A stretch of 56,088 nt of DNA, taken from NCBI GenBank assembly GCA_021812365.1, contig JAKANQ010000003.1, positions 1-56,088 on the forward strand. Reading direction: 5' to 3'. Shown here piece after piece: positions 28,420 through 37,161 of this stretch (position 1 is its first letter; every line of letters begins with the position of its first letter). The stretch comes from a bacterium. Its GTDB lineage: Bacteria; Patescibacteriota; Minisyncoccia; UBA6257; GWB1-50-10. The translations under genes and the position numbers were made by a program. The notes under the pieces are model-generated. The model did not search any database. It was given only the letters and a program-made list of their open reading frames with translations, and was not told the DNA's origin.

Positions 28420-29241
28420 GTGACAACCGAACGATTTAAAAAACTAATTTGGGAATATTATAAGACGCATGGCCGTCATGCTCTTGTGTGGCGCACCAAG
28501 GCGCATTTCAACGATCCATATCGTATTTTGGTGTCTGAGGTGATGCTTCAGCAAACGCAGGTATCGCGCGTGATGAGGAAGTATCCGGAGTTCATCCGCC
28601 AATTTCCCAATTTCCGTTCACTTGCGAAGGCGAGTGTTCCGTCCGTGCTTAGCGTTTGGCAGGGAATGGGGTATAACAGGCGGGCATTGAACTTAAAGAG
28701 GTTGTCTGAGGAAGTCGTGGAACGCTATAAGGGTAGGCTGCCAAGCGAACCTGAGGCGCTTCGCGCACTTCCAGGTATTGGAGCGGCAACGGCGGGTTCC
28801 ATTGCCGCGTTCGCATTTAATAGGCCCGTTCCCTTCATTGAGACCAATATTAGGCGCGTTTTCATCCATTCGTTTTTTCCCGCAAAGGAAGGAGTATGTG
28901 ATGAGGATATCTTAGGAATGGTGCGAAAAACGCTTGATAGGGAGAATCCCCGCGAATGGTATTATGCGCTTATGGATTATGGGACAATGCTTGCAGCGGA
29001 GGAGAAGGAGAATCCGAATAGAAAAAGCCTTTCATATCGAAAGCAAGCTGCATTTACAGGTTCCCGCCGCGCGGTACGGGGCGGTATTCTTCGAACCCTT
29101 TTGGCGCATGGCCCCATGACCGAACGGTCGCTTGCTATATGGTTAGGCGAGCCGATTGCGCGTATTCGCGAAGTTCTGGATATTCTAAAAAAGGAGAAAT
29201 TCGTGATTCGGAAAGGGAATGTTGTCAAGATTGCGGGATAA
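28420..29241 (+). CDS. mutY: A/G-specific adenine glycosylase, Fe-S cysteines absent, C-terminal winged-helix-like tail
   Basis: PYRILVSEVMLQQTQV, WQGMGYNRRA, LPGIG, IETNIRRV, ALMDYG; GTG start. Confidence 0.85.
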   Translation: MTTERFKKLIWEYYKTHGRHALVWRTKAHFNDPYRILVSEVMLQQTQVSRVMRKYPEFIRQFPNFRSLAKASVPSVLSVWQGMGYNRRALNLKRLSEEVVERYKGRLPSEPEALRALPGIGAATAGSIAAFAFNRPVPFIETNIRRVFIHSFFPAKEGVCDEDILGMVRKTLDRENPREWYYALMDYGTMLAAEEKENPNRKSLSYRKQAAFTGSRRAVRGGILRTLLAHGPMTERSLAIWLGEPIARIREVLDILKKEKFVIRKGNVVKIAG

Positions 29242-29460
29242 TCGAAATCCACAGCCCCTGTTGAACTTTTACATTTAAGTTTGCTATGATTACAAGTGAA
29301 ATCAGATTCTGCCTTGTGAGGGGGCGGAATCGATTTTTTTTATACACATAATTGGGAAGTGAATCGTATGGTATCATTGATGGGAAGAACAACTCGGTCC
29401 GAAAGCGTTTAACATACGGGAGCAACTACACTCTCTCGCGACTATAACACTAAACCAATT

Positions 29461-29967
29461 ATGGACGAACAATACAAAATAAATCCGGAAGAAAAGCGAA
29501 AGTCAGGTCTTTGGAGGTTTTTTGGAGGACTTGTGGCAATTGTGGTGCTCGTGTTCGCGGGACTTTGGGGTATGGGTCAGTATGAACATTATCTTCGCGC
29601 CCAAAGCGTGCAGAAGCTTGCCGATGCGTTGGCTGAGGATGAGAAGGCCACGTACGCGCAAATGATGGCAGACACCTACGGAGGAAAGACTCCGCAGGAA
29701 ACGCTTTCGATGTATATTGCCGCGGTTGAAAAAGGAGATTATGTGCTTGCAAGCAAGTATTTTGTGCTGGATAAGCAGGCTGATGAATTGGCAAGCTGGA
29801 AGGGAACGAGGCCTGAGGATGTGACGAATGCGATTGTATTATTTAAGCAGGGTATGAATTCAGTTGGATCTTATTCTTGGGATAAGAAAGCATTTTCAAT
29901 TGAAAAACCAATTGTATTCGATTTCACACTGTATCCTAATGGTATTTGGAAGATAATAGAAATTTAA
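29461..29967 (+). CDS. Membrane-anchored hypothetical protein, co-oriented with the downstream PLC-like gene
   Basis: N-terminal TM, DTYGGKTPQETL..YI.AVEKGDY.LASKYFV, ends GIWKIIEI; 19-nt gap to the next gene. Confidence 0.8.
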   Translation: MDEQYKINPEEKRKSGLWRFFGGLVAIVVLVFAGLWGMGQYEHYLRAQSVQKLADALAEDEKATYAQMMADTYGGKTPQETLSMYIAAVEKGDYVLASKYFVLDKQADELASWKGTRPEDVTNAIVLFKQGMNSVGSYSWDKKAFSIEKPIVFDFTLYPNGIWKIIEI

Positions 29968-29986
29968 CAATTTAAGACATATCTAT

Positions 29987-32900
29987 ATGAAACTCAGGAA
30001 TATCGTTTCTTGCGGTTTAGTTTTAGTTGGGGTACTTTCCTCTTTTCGCGTTGCGCTTGCGTATGACGAAAAGACAACGCATCCCGCGCTTACGAATGAG
30101 ATTATCACGTTCTATAACCTTACCCATCCGGAATCAAAGATTACGGATGAAGAAAAAGGATGGCTCATTGAGGGGAGCAGGTTTGAGGACATTCCTCCGA
30201 GGTGGATCAACCATTTCTATGACCCCGTTCATAACACGGGATGGACCGGCAGCGGTGAGGGAAAAATCTCCGCAAATGCGGTACAGATCATATCCCAATT
30301 CGGTCTGTCACAGGACAAGCCTTTATCCGCGGTCCAGTGGGCCAACGATGATCTGCAGCAAGGGGATTATTCGCGTTATGACGGCAATCAAACGTGGAAG
30401 CAGGCGCTTAGCATGTTTGTGGCGGGGAAGACGCGGGAGGCATATATCGCGCTTGGCCACACACTGCATCTATTGGAGGATATGGCGGTGCCTGACCATA
30501 CGCGCAATGATACTCACGCGCCAATACCAGGTGTTGATAGTGGTTCCCCCTATGAAAGTTATGCGACGCGATTCACCATTTCAGGAATCAAAAATCTGAA
30601 TATCGCAAAAAATCTTGCGAACGCGAAAAGTAGCGCTGTACGAACATCCTCGATTGAGGAAAGTCTTGCTCTGCTCGCAACCTATTCAAACAAATATTTC
30701 TTCTCAAAGGACACCATCAATGACCCTACATTCGGTTTTCCCAAGATAGTTGCCGATGATGGAAGCTTTGGATATGGCATGGATGAGAGTGGAACCAAAT
30801 TTCCTTTGGTAAAGATTAGACAAATAAATATAGGAAATCACAAGTATGCAAGGATATACAAACTTGATGGAGTTCAGTCGGTTATCTTTAATTCGTATTT
30901 CTCCCATCTTTCGAAGCAGACCGTATTGCACGGTGCGGGAGTACTAGAGCTTTTTTATGGAAGTATCGAGAATGCTCGAATCGCGAAAGAATTTCCAAGC
31001 CATATCTATAAGCTTGATATGTCCATCTTCCGATTGCCCGTGGTCTCACTTTATGGCGAGGCAGTTAAGGTGAGGAATTATGTAGCAACAAGCTTTGATA
31101 CCGCTAAAAATTTCTTTTCCGGTTTGGCGGGAACGGTATTCAACAGTAATTCTTCTAATGTTCCAGAGAGTGCTGTGGCCGAGAACAATTATGCAAATGT
31201 AGATGTTCCTTCTTCATCTACTAATCCTGCCTCAGGTCAAGGCACCCAATCCGTAGAGGAAGAGCCCGAGACTCCTCTTGTTGATCTTCAAACCGCTGAT
31301 ATCGCGGATGAGCCGGCGGCAGATATTGGGTCAGCTCCAATCGCAATAGCCACTGTTACAACGACAATATCAGCACAAGAAATTCATAACAGCGCGGTGA
31401 GTTCAACTGTTTCACAACCGAGTGTGATACAGCCAATGCAATATTCTCATTCCGTTTCCGGCGGCGGCACTGTCTCGAGCGTGAGTGAGCCTAATAGGCC
31501 GAATTGCGTTTCCGACGGGGTAAGAATAACCGAATTCGTATATGACGCTCCAGGTTCCGATGATGGCAGGGAGTGGATAGAGATTTTAAATTCCGGAAAT
31601 GAAACAGCGACGGTATCTGAAATGAAGTTGGTGGAAGGCGGGTCAAATCATTCAATCAGATCGGAGCGTGGGGTTTCCTCGCTCGCGCCGGGTTCATATG
31701 CGATCATCGCGAATGACGCAACGCGGTTCATCTCCGAGAATAGCGGATATTCTGGCGGAGTTTTTAGTGCGTCATTTTCCCTTTCCAATGATGGAGAAAA
31801 GGTTGCTCTGAAATGCGGCGACGCTTTGATAAGCAGTTTCGAGTATGCATCAAGTACCGGAGGTCACGGTGACGGAAATTCGTTGCAATTGATTGATGGC
31901 GTGTGGCGCGCTTCGATTCCCACAATAGGAATGGAAAATATATATGCTATTCCGACAACCAATCAAATTCCCGAAGCGGTAGTTAATTATTTTCCGACAA
32001 ATCCAAAAGTTGGCGAGACGGTTCAATTGAGTGCCGCGTCCTCAACGGATGATGGACATATCGTTTCTTATCGATGGACATTTGGAGACGGGTCTTCGGA
32101 GAACTCCTCGAATCCTATCGTTTCGCATGTATTTGCCAATGAGGGCATTTATGCCATCGAGCTTATCGTATCGGATGATATAGGAGCGACTTCAACCGTC
32201 AGTTCCGTAAATATTCCCGTGGACGCGGAAAGGACAAGCAGCGGGAGCCATGTTGTTATAAGCGAGGTTCAGGTCGGAGGCCAGAAAGCCGACGATGAAT
32301 TCATAGAACTTTACAATCCGACAGATTCCATCATTTCTTTGGGCGGTCATTCGCTCCAATATTTGAGCGGTTCCGCAACGTCGACGGATTGGATAAAGGA
32401 TAGGAGCGTAAAAAAGAATTTCGAAGACGTTCAAATCTTGCCGCATAGATTTTATTTATTGGTTAATTCGGATGCGACATCTTCCTTGAAGAACAGAGCC
32501 GATGCGGTATATTCGAGCTTTTCCTTATCAGGAGATTCAAGGGGAGCAAGCATTTTCCTTGTAAGCACCACTTCTTATATTCTGGGAATTGACGACCCCT
32601 TGATTGCGGACAGTATCTCATATGGAGATATAAATCTTGAAAGCGTGTCAACCTCTTCACGCCCCACGTCGGGAAAAAGTTTAGAGCGGAAAGCAAACCT
32701 TGACGCCACCTCCGAATCAATGAGCAGCGGCCGAGATGAGTTTTTGGGAAATGGATATGTATCCCGCAATAGTAAGACTGATTTTGTGGTGCGTCTTTCA
32801 TCAAACCCTCAAAACTTCCAAAGCTATCCGGAACCGCGCGTGGCGCCCACCGTTCCTTTGGGAGCTGGCGGAGTTACGAGTACGATAGCCGAATATAGTT

Positions 32901-33934
32901 CAAGTACCAATTCCATTTCATTCAAGTGGGAGCCATCTACGGATTTTTGCGATGGTGATTCCGGAATGGTATATGAGCTTTACGATATTGGTTCAACATC
33001 AACTAAGCTGATCGCAACAATAGCCGAAAATACATATATCTTGAATTCAGTGGAGGCGGGACATATATATTCTTTCGGATTGCGTGCTCGTGATGTTGAT
33101 GGATTGCGGTCAGCGACAAGCTCATTTTCCGTAGATGCGCCGCTTCCGGAAAATAAAATTCCCACCGTCTCATTCCTTTATTCGCCCATAAACCCGAATG
33201 CGGGCGATGACGTTTATTTTGATGGAACTTCCTCATCCGATTTGGACGGTCGCATTACGGAATATCAATGGGATTTTGGAGATGGCACTGTTACCAGTTC
33301 CACTAATGCGACAACAACTCATGCATTCGATGATGCGGGCGATTATGATGTGCGGCTTACCATTACCGATAATAGGGGTGCTGTGGTTTCCTCCGTTTCT
33401 TTGGTCTCGGTTCCCTCAAGAGCGCCCACGTCGCTTGTATATTCTCAGGAAGATGTGAGCGGCGGAGAGGTCAATATGTATTATCAGGCAAATGATGTGG
33501 TTCAATATCTCGGCACCGACATGAAGGGCACTTTTGCAAAGGCAAAGATATATTACTCATCTTGCTGCGGTTATTATCCAACGCAGAAAATGGCCATTTA
33601 TGAAAGTGATTCATATTCAGGCGCGCCGAGAGTAAAGGTAGTTGAAGCAAGCGCAATGATCTTGAGCACGGGATGGCAAACATTTGTCGGACCCGCGTAT
33701 ACCTTTGCGCCCTCGAAGCATTACTGGCTTGTAGCTCCCGCCGGCTATTCCGCGTACCCACTTCATCCGGCAAAGGGTACGCTAAATACACCCCTCTCCA
33801 TTGATTACAAGCCATTCGCGTTTAATGGCAATTATATGATGCCGCTTGATTTTTCAAGCGGGGAAGACACTAAAAACTTCTTTCACGATCCCGCCGATGG
33901 CAAGATGGCGTATCAAATCATCACAACGCTGTAG
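29987..33934 (+). CDS. Secreted multidomain protein: Zn-dependent phospholipase C/P1-nuclease-like domain, two lamin-tail domains, two PKD domains, FN3-like domain
   Basis: Signal peptide ending ALA; YDEKTTHPAL, NHFYDP, LGHTLHLLEDMAVPDH, YESY; ITEFVYD...EWIEI; VISEVQ...EFIELYNP; WTFGDG and WDFGDG. Confidence 0.8.
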   Translation: MKLRNIVSCGLVLVGVLSSFRVALAYDEKTTHPALTNEIITFYNLTHPESKITDEEKGWLIEGSRFEDIPPRWINHFYDPVHNTGWTGSGEGKISANAVQIISQFGLSQDKPLSAVQWANDDLQQGDYSRYDGNQTWKQALSMFVAGKTREAYIALGHTLHLLEDMAVPDHTRNDTHAPIPGVDSGSPYESYATRFTISGIKNLNIAKNLANAKSSAVRTSSIEESLALLATYSNKYFFSKDTINDPTFGFPKIVADDGSFGYGMDESGTKFPLVKIRQINIGNHKYARIYKLDGVQSVIFNSYFSHLSKQTVLHGAGVLELFYGSIENARIAKEFPSHIYKLDMSIFRLPVVSLYGEAVKVRNYVATSFDTAKNFFSGLAGTVFNSNSSNVPESAVAENNYANVDVPSSSTNPASGQGTQSVEEEPETPLVDLQTADIADEPAADIGSAPIAIATVTTTISAQEIHNSAVSSTVSQPSVIQPMQYSHSVSGGGTVSSVSEPNRPNCVSDGVRITEFVYDAPGSDDGREWIEILNSGNETATVSEMKLVEGGSNHSIRSERGVSSLAPGSYAIIANDATRFISENSGYSGGVFSASFSLSNDGEKVALKCGDALISSFEYASSTGGHGDGNSLQLIDGVWRASIPTIGMENIYAIPTTNQIPEAVVNYFPTNPKVGETVQLSAASSTDDGHIVSYRWTFGDGSSENSSNPIVSHVFANEGIYAIELIVSDDIGATSTVSSVNIPVDAERTSSGSHVVISEVQVGGQKADDEFIELYNPTDSIISLGGHSLQYLSGSATSTDWIKDRSVKKNFEDVQILPHRFYLLVNSDATSSLKNRADAVYSSFSLSGDSRGASIFLVSTTSYILGIDDPLIADSISYGDINLESVSTSSRPTSGKSLERKANLDATSESMSSGRDEFLGNGYVSRNSKTDFVVRLSSNPQNFQSYPEPRVAPTVPLGAGGVTSTIAEYSSSTNSISFKWEPSTDFCDGDSGMVYELYDIGSTSTKLIATIAENTYILNSVEAGHIYSFGLRARDVDGLRSATSSFSVDAPLPENKIPTVSFLYSPINPNAGDDVYFDGTSSSDLDGRITEYQWDFGDGTVTSSTNATTTHAFDDAGDYDVRLTITDNRGAVVSSVSLVSVPSRAPTSLVYSQEDVSGGEVNMYYQANDVVQYLGTDMKGTFAKAKIYYSSCCGYYPTQKMAIYESDSYSGAPRVKVVEASAMILSTGWQTFVGPAYTFAPSKHYWLVAPAGYSAYPLHPAKGTLNTPLSIDYKPFAFNGNYMMPLDFSSGEDTKNFFHDPADGKMAYQIITTL

Positions 33935-33967
33935 AAATAATGCAAAACCCCCGCTCATAGCGGGGGT

Positions 33968-34285
33968 TCAATTTTCGGCGATGCCTTGTTTTCGGCAATG
34001 GCCGGGTTCGTGGAGGGTTTTGCAGACGGTGCAAATTTTTCGGGGGGTTGCCTGCTCGATTTCGAGATCCAGCTTGCAATGATTGCAAATAAGCGTGTGC
34101 TCATCGGTGACCCAGAGCGGTCTTTCGCACTCGGGGCAGCACATTACTTCGATGGGTCTGTATTTCAATGGCACATAAATGTTGCACCGTAAACAGCACA
34201 ATTTTGAGTTGTCCGCCATAAATATAGGACGTCTGCAGCAGGGGCAGAGGAGAATGTCTATGTCGCCTAAGTGCGTGCGTGTCAT
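33968..34285 (-). CDS. Multi-zinc-ribbon protein
   Basis: Two CPxCxRP...LxCxxC units plus CTVC...H...HC; GGAGG SD before ATG 34285. Confidence 0.65.
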   Translation of the reverse strand: MTRTHLGDIDILLCPCCRRPIFMADNSKLCCLRCNIYVPLKYRPIEVMCCPECERPLWVTDEHTLICNHCKLDLEIEQATPRKICTVCKTLHEPGHCRKQGIAEN

Positions 34286-34439
34286 TGGCCACCTCCGCGG
34301 TTTTTTCAAAGTATCTATATTCATGCTACACCCAAGAATATAGATTGCAAAATGCGGGAAAGGGATTACTATTCCAGTAGATACTTTCCATATTGATTCA
34401 AAGAAACGTAAGTAATGTCACGCAGAAAGGAGGCGCAGA

Positions 34440-35009
34440 ATGCGCTACATTGCGAAAATGGCGAGTTTCGTTTCCATACTTGTGTTTTGCCTTGGGGCGT
34501 ATGCCAGTATGCCCTTGCGAGGCCCGCTTCTTCGGAGCGTGACCATAAAGACCAACAAGGGGCAGGCGACTGGTGTTATTTTGAGGAAGGGGTTTGTGCT
34601 CACCAATTTCCATGTGCTTCATACCTATTCTGACGTGAAGGTGGATGGAAAAGAGGCGCGCATCGTGAAGGCTGACCCCAAGAACGACTTGCTCTTGCTC
34701 GCGGTCGAGACGGATGATGTGCCTACGCTTTTTCCCGCCCACATCATCACGCAGGATGAAAAGATTGTGGTCATCGGAAACCCGCTGGGGCATAAGGAGA
34801 TGATTCTGCACGGCCGCATTACCGACATCGCTGATAATCTTATCTATATCGACGCTCACGTTTTTTTCGGGAGTTCCGGAAGCGCGGTCTACAACGAGAG
34901 GGGCGAGTTGGTCGGCATCGTGCGCGGCATCGAAGGCGAGGAGGACGACGGATTCCCTTATGGAGTTGTGATTCCCGTCGACATCGTGCTGCATTTTCTT
35001 TCGAATTGA
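34440..35009 (+). CDS. Secreted trypsin-like (S1) serine protease, no PDZ
   Basis: Signal peptide; TNFHV (His), NDLLLL (Asp), FGSSGS (Ser), GNPLG; SD AAAGGAGG. Confidence 0.85.
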   Translation: MRYIAKMASFVSILVFCLGAYASMPLRGPLLRSVTIKTNKGQATGVILRKGFVLTNFHVLHTYSDVKVDGKEARIVKADPKNDLLLLAVETDDVPTLFPAHIITQDEKIVVIGNPLGHKEMILHGRITDIADNLIYIDAHVFFGSSGSAVYNERGELVGIVRGIEGEEDDGFPYGVVIPVDIVLHFLSN

Positions 35010-35118
35010 TTATCGTTCACATTCAAGAGCCTCGCCCATTGCGGGGCTTTTTGTTTGACGCGAGGTTTCTCATGGGGTAGCATACAAACGCTCATTAACA
35101 GTTTAAAAAGGAGGGGTT

Positions 35119-35694
35119 ATGGCATTTGAGAAAAAGGAAATCGAACGAAAGTTTCGAGTAATGAATTTCTCTCATGAGCTTATTCCCGCAGATTCAACCT
35201 CAGTGATCATTTTGCAGACCTATCTTGTGTGTGAGGGGCCTGGGGAGCGTCGCGTGCGGCATACCTATGGTTGGCATTCGCCGAGTACATTTCATTACAC
35301 GGAAAAGCTCCCTACGGGTGAGAGTGGCACTCGCATTGAACAGGAGCGAAAGATTGATTTTGCCGAATACCAATCATTATTTCGAGAGCGCGATAAGGCT
35401 CTTCTAACAATTTGGAAGACACGGCATTCATTTTCTTTTGAGGGAAAGACCCTTGAACTCGACGTGTTTAGGGGTGAATTGCACGGGCTTGTGATGCTTG
35501 AGATTGAATTACAACATCGTAACGAAGAGGTAACTCTTCCTCCAGGTTGGAAATTGATTGAAGTGACCGATCATCCTTTGTATAAAAATCATGCACTTGC
35601 AAAGCGCGGGAAGAAGCCGCGTGCATCATATTGGCTTAGTAGCATTTGGAAAACAGTATCTGACCTTTTTTATCGATATACCGCCGGAGACTGA
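35119..35694 (+). CDS. CYTH-domain protein
   Basis: EIERKF, QTYL, RVR, K.R..F, LELDVF...GLVMLEIE, EVT..P.YKN..LA. Confidence 0.85.
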   Translation: MAFEKKEIERKFRVMNFSHELIPADSTSVIILQTYLVCEGPGERRVRHTYGWHSPSTFHYTEKLPTGESGTRIEQERKIDFAEYQSLFRERDKALLTIWKTRHSFSFEGKTLELDVFRGELHGLVMLEIELQHRNEEVTLPPGWKLIEVTDHPLYKNHALAKRGKKPRASYWLSSIWKTVSDLFYRYTAGD

Positions 35695-35801
35695 TCTATC
35701 CAAAAGCCGCGCAATGAAGCGCGGCTTTTTCATTACTATAAAAAAGCAACGGTAAGTGATGTGTGTATAATTTGTCGAGTGTACATATTATAATGAGGGA
35801 C

Positions 35802-36143
35802 ATGAGATTTGTATTACGCTCGAAAATTCATAAGGCAACAGTGACCGACGCGAACCTCGCGTATATCGGAAGCATCACCATCGATGAAGCGTTGATGGAA
35901 AAAGTGGGGCTTTGGGTGGGGGAAAAGGTTTCGGTAGTCGATAACACGAATGGTGCAAGGCTGGAAACGTACGTCATCAAGGGAGAAAGGGATTCGGGTA
36001 TCATTTGCATGAATGGCGCCGCCGCGCACCTTATAAAGAAAGGGGATGAGATAATCATCATGGGGTTTGAGTTGACCGATGCGCCCATCGAACCCAAGGC
36101 AATATTGGTGGATGGAGAGAATAAGTTCGTGAAGTTTCTTTAA
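35802..36143 (+). CDS. panD: Aspartate 1-decarboxylase
   Basis: KIH.ATVT...Y.GSITID (Gly-Ser cleavage site), [23 protein letters not shown]. Confidence 0.93.
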   Translation: MRFVLRSKIHKATVTDANLAYIGSITIDEALMEKVGLWVGEKVSVVDNTNGARLETYVIKGERDSGIICMNGAAAHLIKKGDEIIIMGFELTDAPIEPKAILVDGENKFVKFL

Positions 36144-36170
36144 ATAAAACTCCCGCAAAATGCGGGGATT

Positions 36171-36332
36171 CTCTTGTGCCCCCACAGGAAGAGTACTTCC
36201 GTGGTGGCACTGCGTTCGGAAATACGAATATGCTCTCTTGTGCCCCCTCAAGCGGAGTACCGCGTGAGGGCACTGCGTTCGGAAATAAAAAAACACCTAC
36301 TGGCGTTTTTTAATTTCCTCTCTTGTGCCCCC
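36171..36332 (-). repeat. Trailer repeats of tRNA-Lys: two 64-nt-period hairpin units, each ending in a copy of the tRNA 3' end
   Basis: CTCTTGTGCCCC at 36171, 36235 and 36320; GGCACTGCGTTCGGAAATA twice; stems differ but keep pairing. Confidence 0.8.
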
Positions 36333-36397
36333 ACTAGGATTTGAACCTAGAACCAACTGCTTAAGAGGCAGCTGCTCTACCGTTGAGCTATAGGGGC
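36326..36397 (-). tRNA. tRNA-Lys (CTT)
   Basis: GCCCCTA/TGGGGGC acceptor, loop CTCTTAA, TTCAAAT T-loop; no encoded CCA. Confidence 0.95.
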
Positions 36398-36458
36398 CCT
36401 TTGGATTTTTACTATATCCAATTCCACTTCGAAAATCAAACAATTCTGCTCTACCTAT

Positions 36459-36639
36459 TGTGCCCCCGGAGGGATTCTCCCGCGCCTCTCACCTCGCCGC
36501 CGCTCGGTTCGGGCTGGGCACCAACTCGCGGCGCATTCTACTGAATGCGCATCGCTCCGTTGTTCGACTCCCTCACACACGCAAATAAATTTGCGTGTTC
36601 GGGCGCACGCGCTGCGCTTATGTGCCCCCGGAGGGATTC
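36459..36639 (-). repeat. 19-bp duplication of the tRNA-Arg 3' end flanking a 143-bp structured insert
   Basis: TGTGCCCCCGGAGGGATTC at 36459-36477 and 36621-36639. Confidence 0.8.
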
Positions 36640-36694
36640 GAACCCCCAATAACAGGTTCGAAGCCTGTCGTGATATCCATTTCACCACAGGGGC
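36623..36694 (-). tRNA. tRNA-Arg (TCG)
   Basis: GCCCCTG/CGGGGGC acceptor, ACAGG-CTTCGAA-CCTGT, TTCGAAT T-loop; no encoded CCA. Confidence 0.95.
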
Positions 36695-36765
36695 AGATAT
36701 CAAACGTATTGTAATGGATTTTCAGGAAAAAGGAACCCCGCACGAGGCGGGGTTCCTTATCACTC

Positions 36766-37089
36766 CTATGAATTCAATTTGAATGGGGGGTACTTATCGG
36801 TGAGTCCGAATATATATGAATTCACACGCAGTTTCCAACGGAGCAGTCCTTTCACAATATCAAAGATGCCATGAGGATATTTACCCGTGAAGAGCACTGC
36901 GAATTGTGCAAATATACCGAGGATGATGCTTAAAAATGAGAGGAAGTAGAGCGCGAGGAAGTGAGGAATAAGAATGAAGAATTTCGGTATCAAAAAAAGG
37001 AGGGTGCCGGCCGCAAGCAACCGCGAGGACTTCTCGGGATGCTCAATTATGATGTCGACGTGATTAGTTGATTCATGTGCGTGTTCCAT
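36766..37089 (-). CDS. DUF4389-like membrane protein
   Basis: LIPHF, FAVLFTGKYP.GIFD...G.LRW..RV.SY..GLTDKYPPF. Confidence 0.8.
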   Translation of the reverse strand: MEHAHESTNHVDIIIEHPEKSSRLLAAGTLLFLIPKFFILIPHFLALYFLSFLSIILGIFAQFAVLFTGKYPHGIFDIVKGLLRWKLRVNSYIFGLTDKYPPFKLNS

Positions 37090-37161
37090 AATGCATTCAT
37101 TATACCATGCGCCACATGGCAATTTCATTTTTATGACGGGTAGATTACACTAAATATAGCT

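Noticed and set aside
29305-29460. Riboswitch upstream of the PLC-like operon
   Set aside because: The first hairpin is a plain terminator for mutY. The remaining leader has only weak stems and no recognisable aptamer core; it is noted only for a boxA-like motif and one GTCCGAA.
36171-36332. CRISPR array
   Set aside because: Only two units, the variable part is a self-complementary stem, the constant part is the tRNA 3' end, and there are no cas1/cas2 genes.
33948-36700. Prophage or integrative island at the tRNAs
   Set aside because: No integrase, transposase or phage structural genes; only short duplications.
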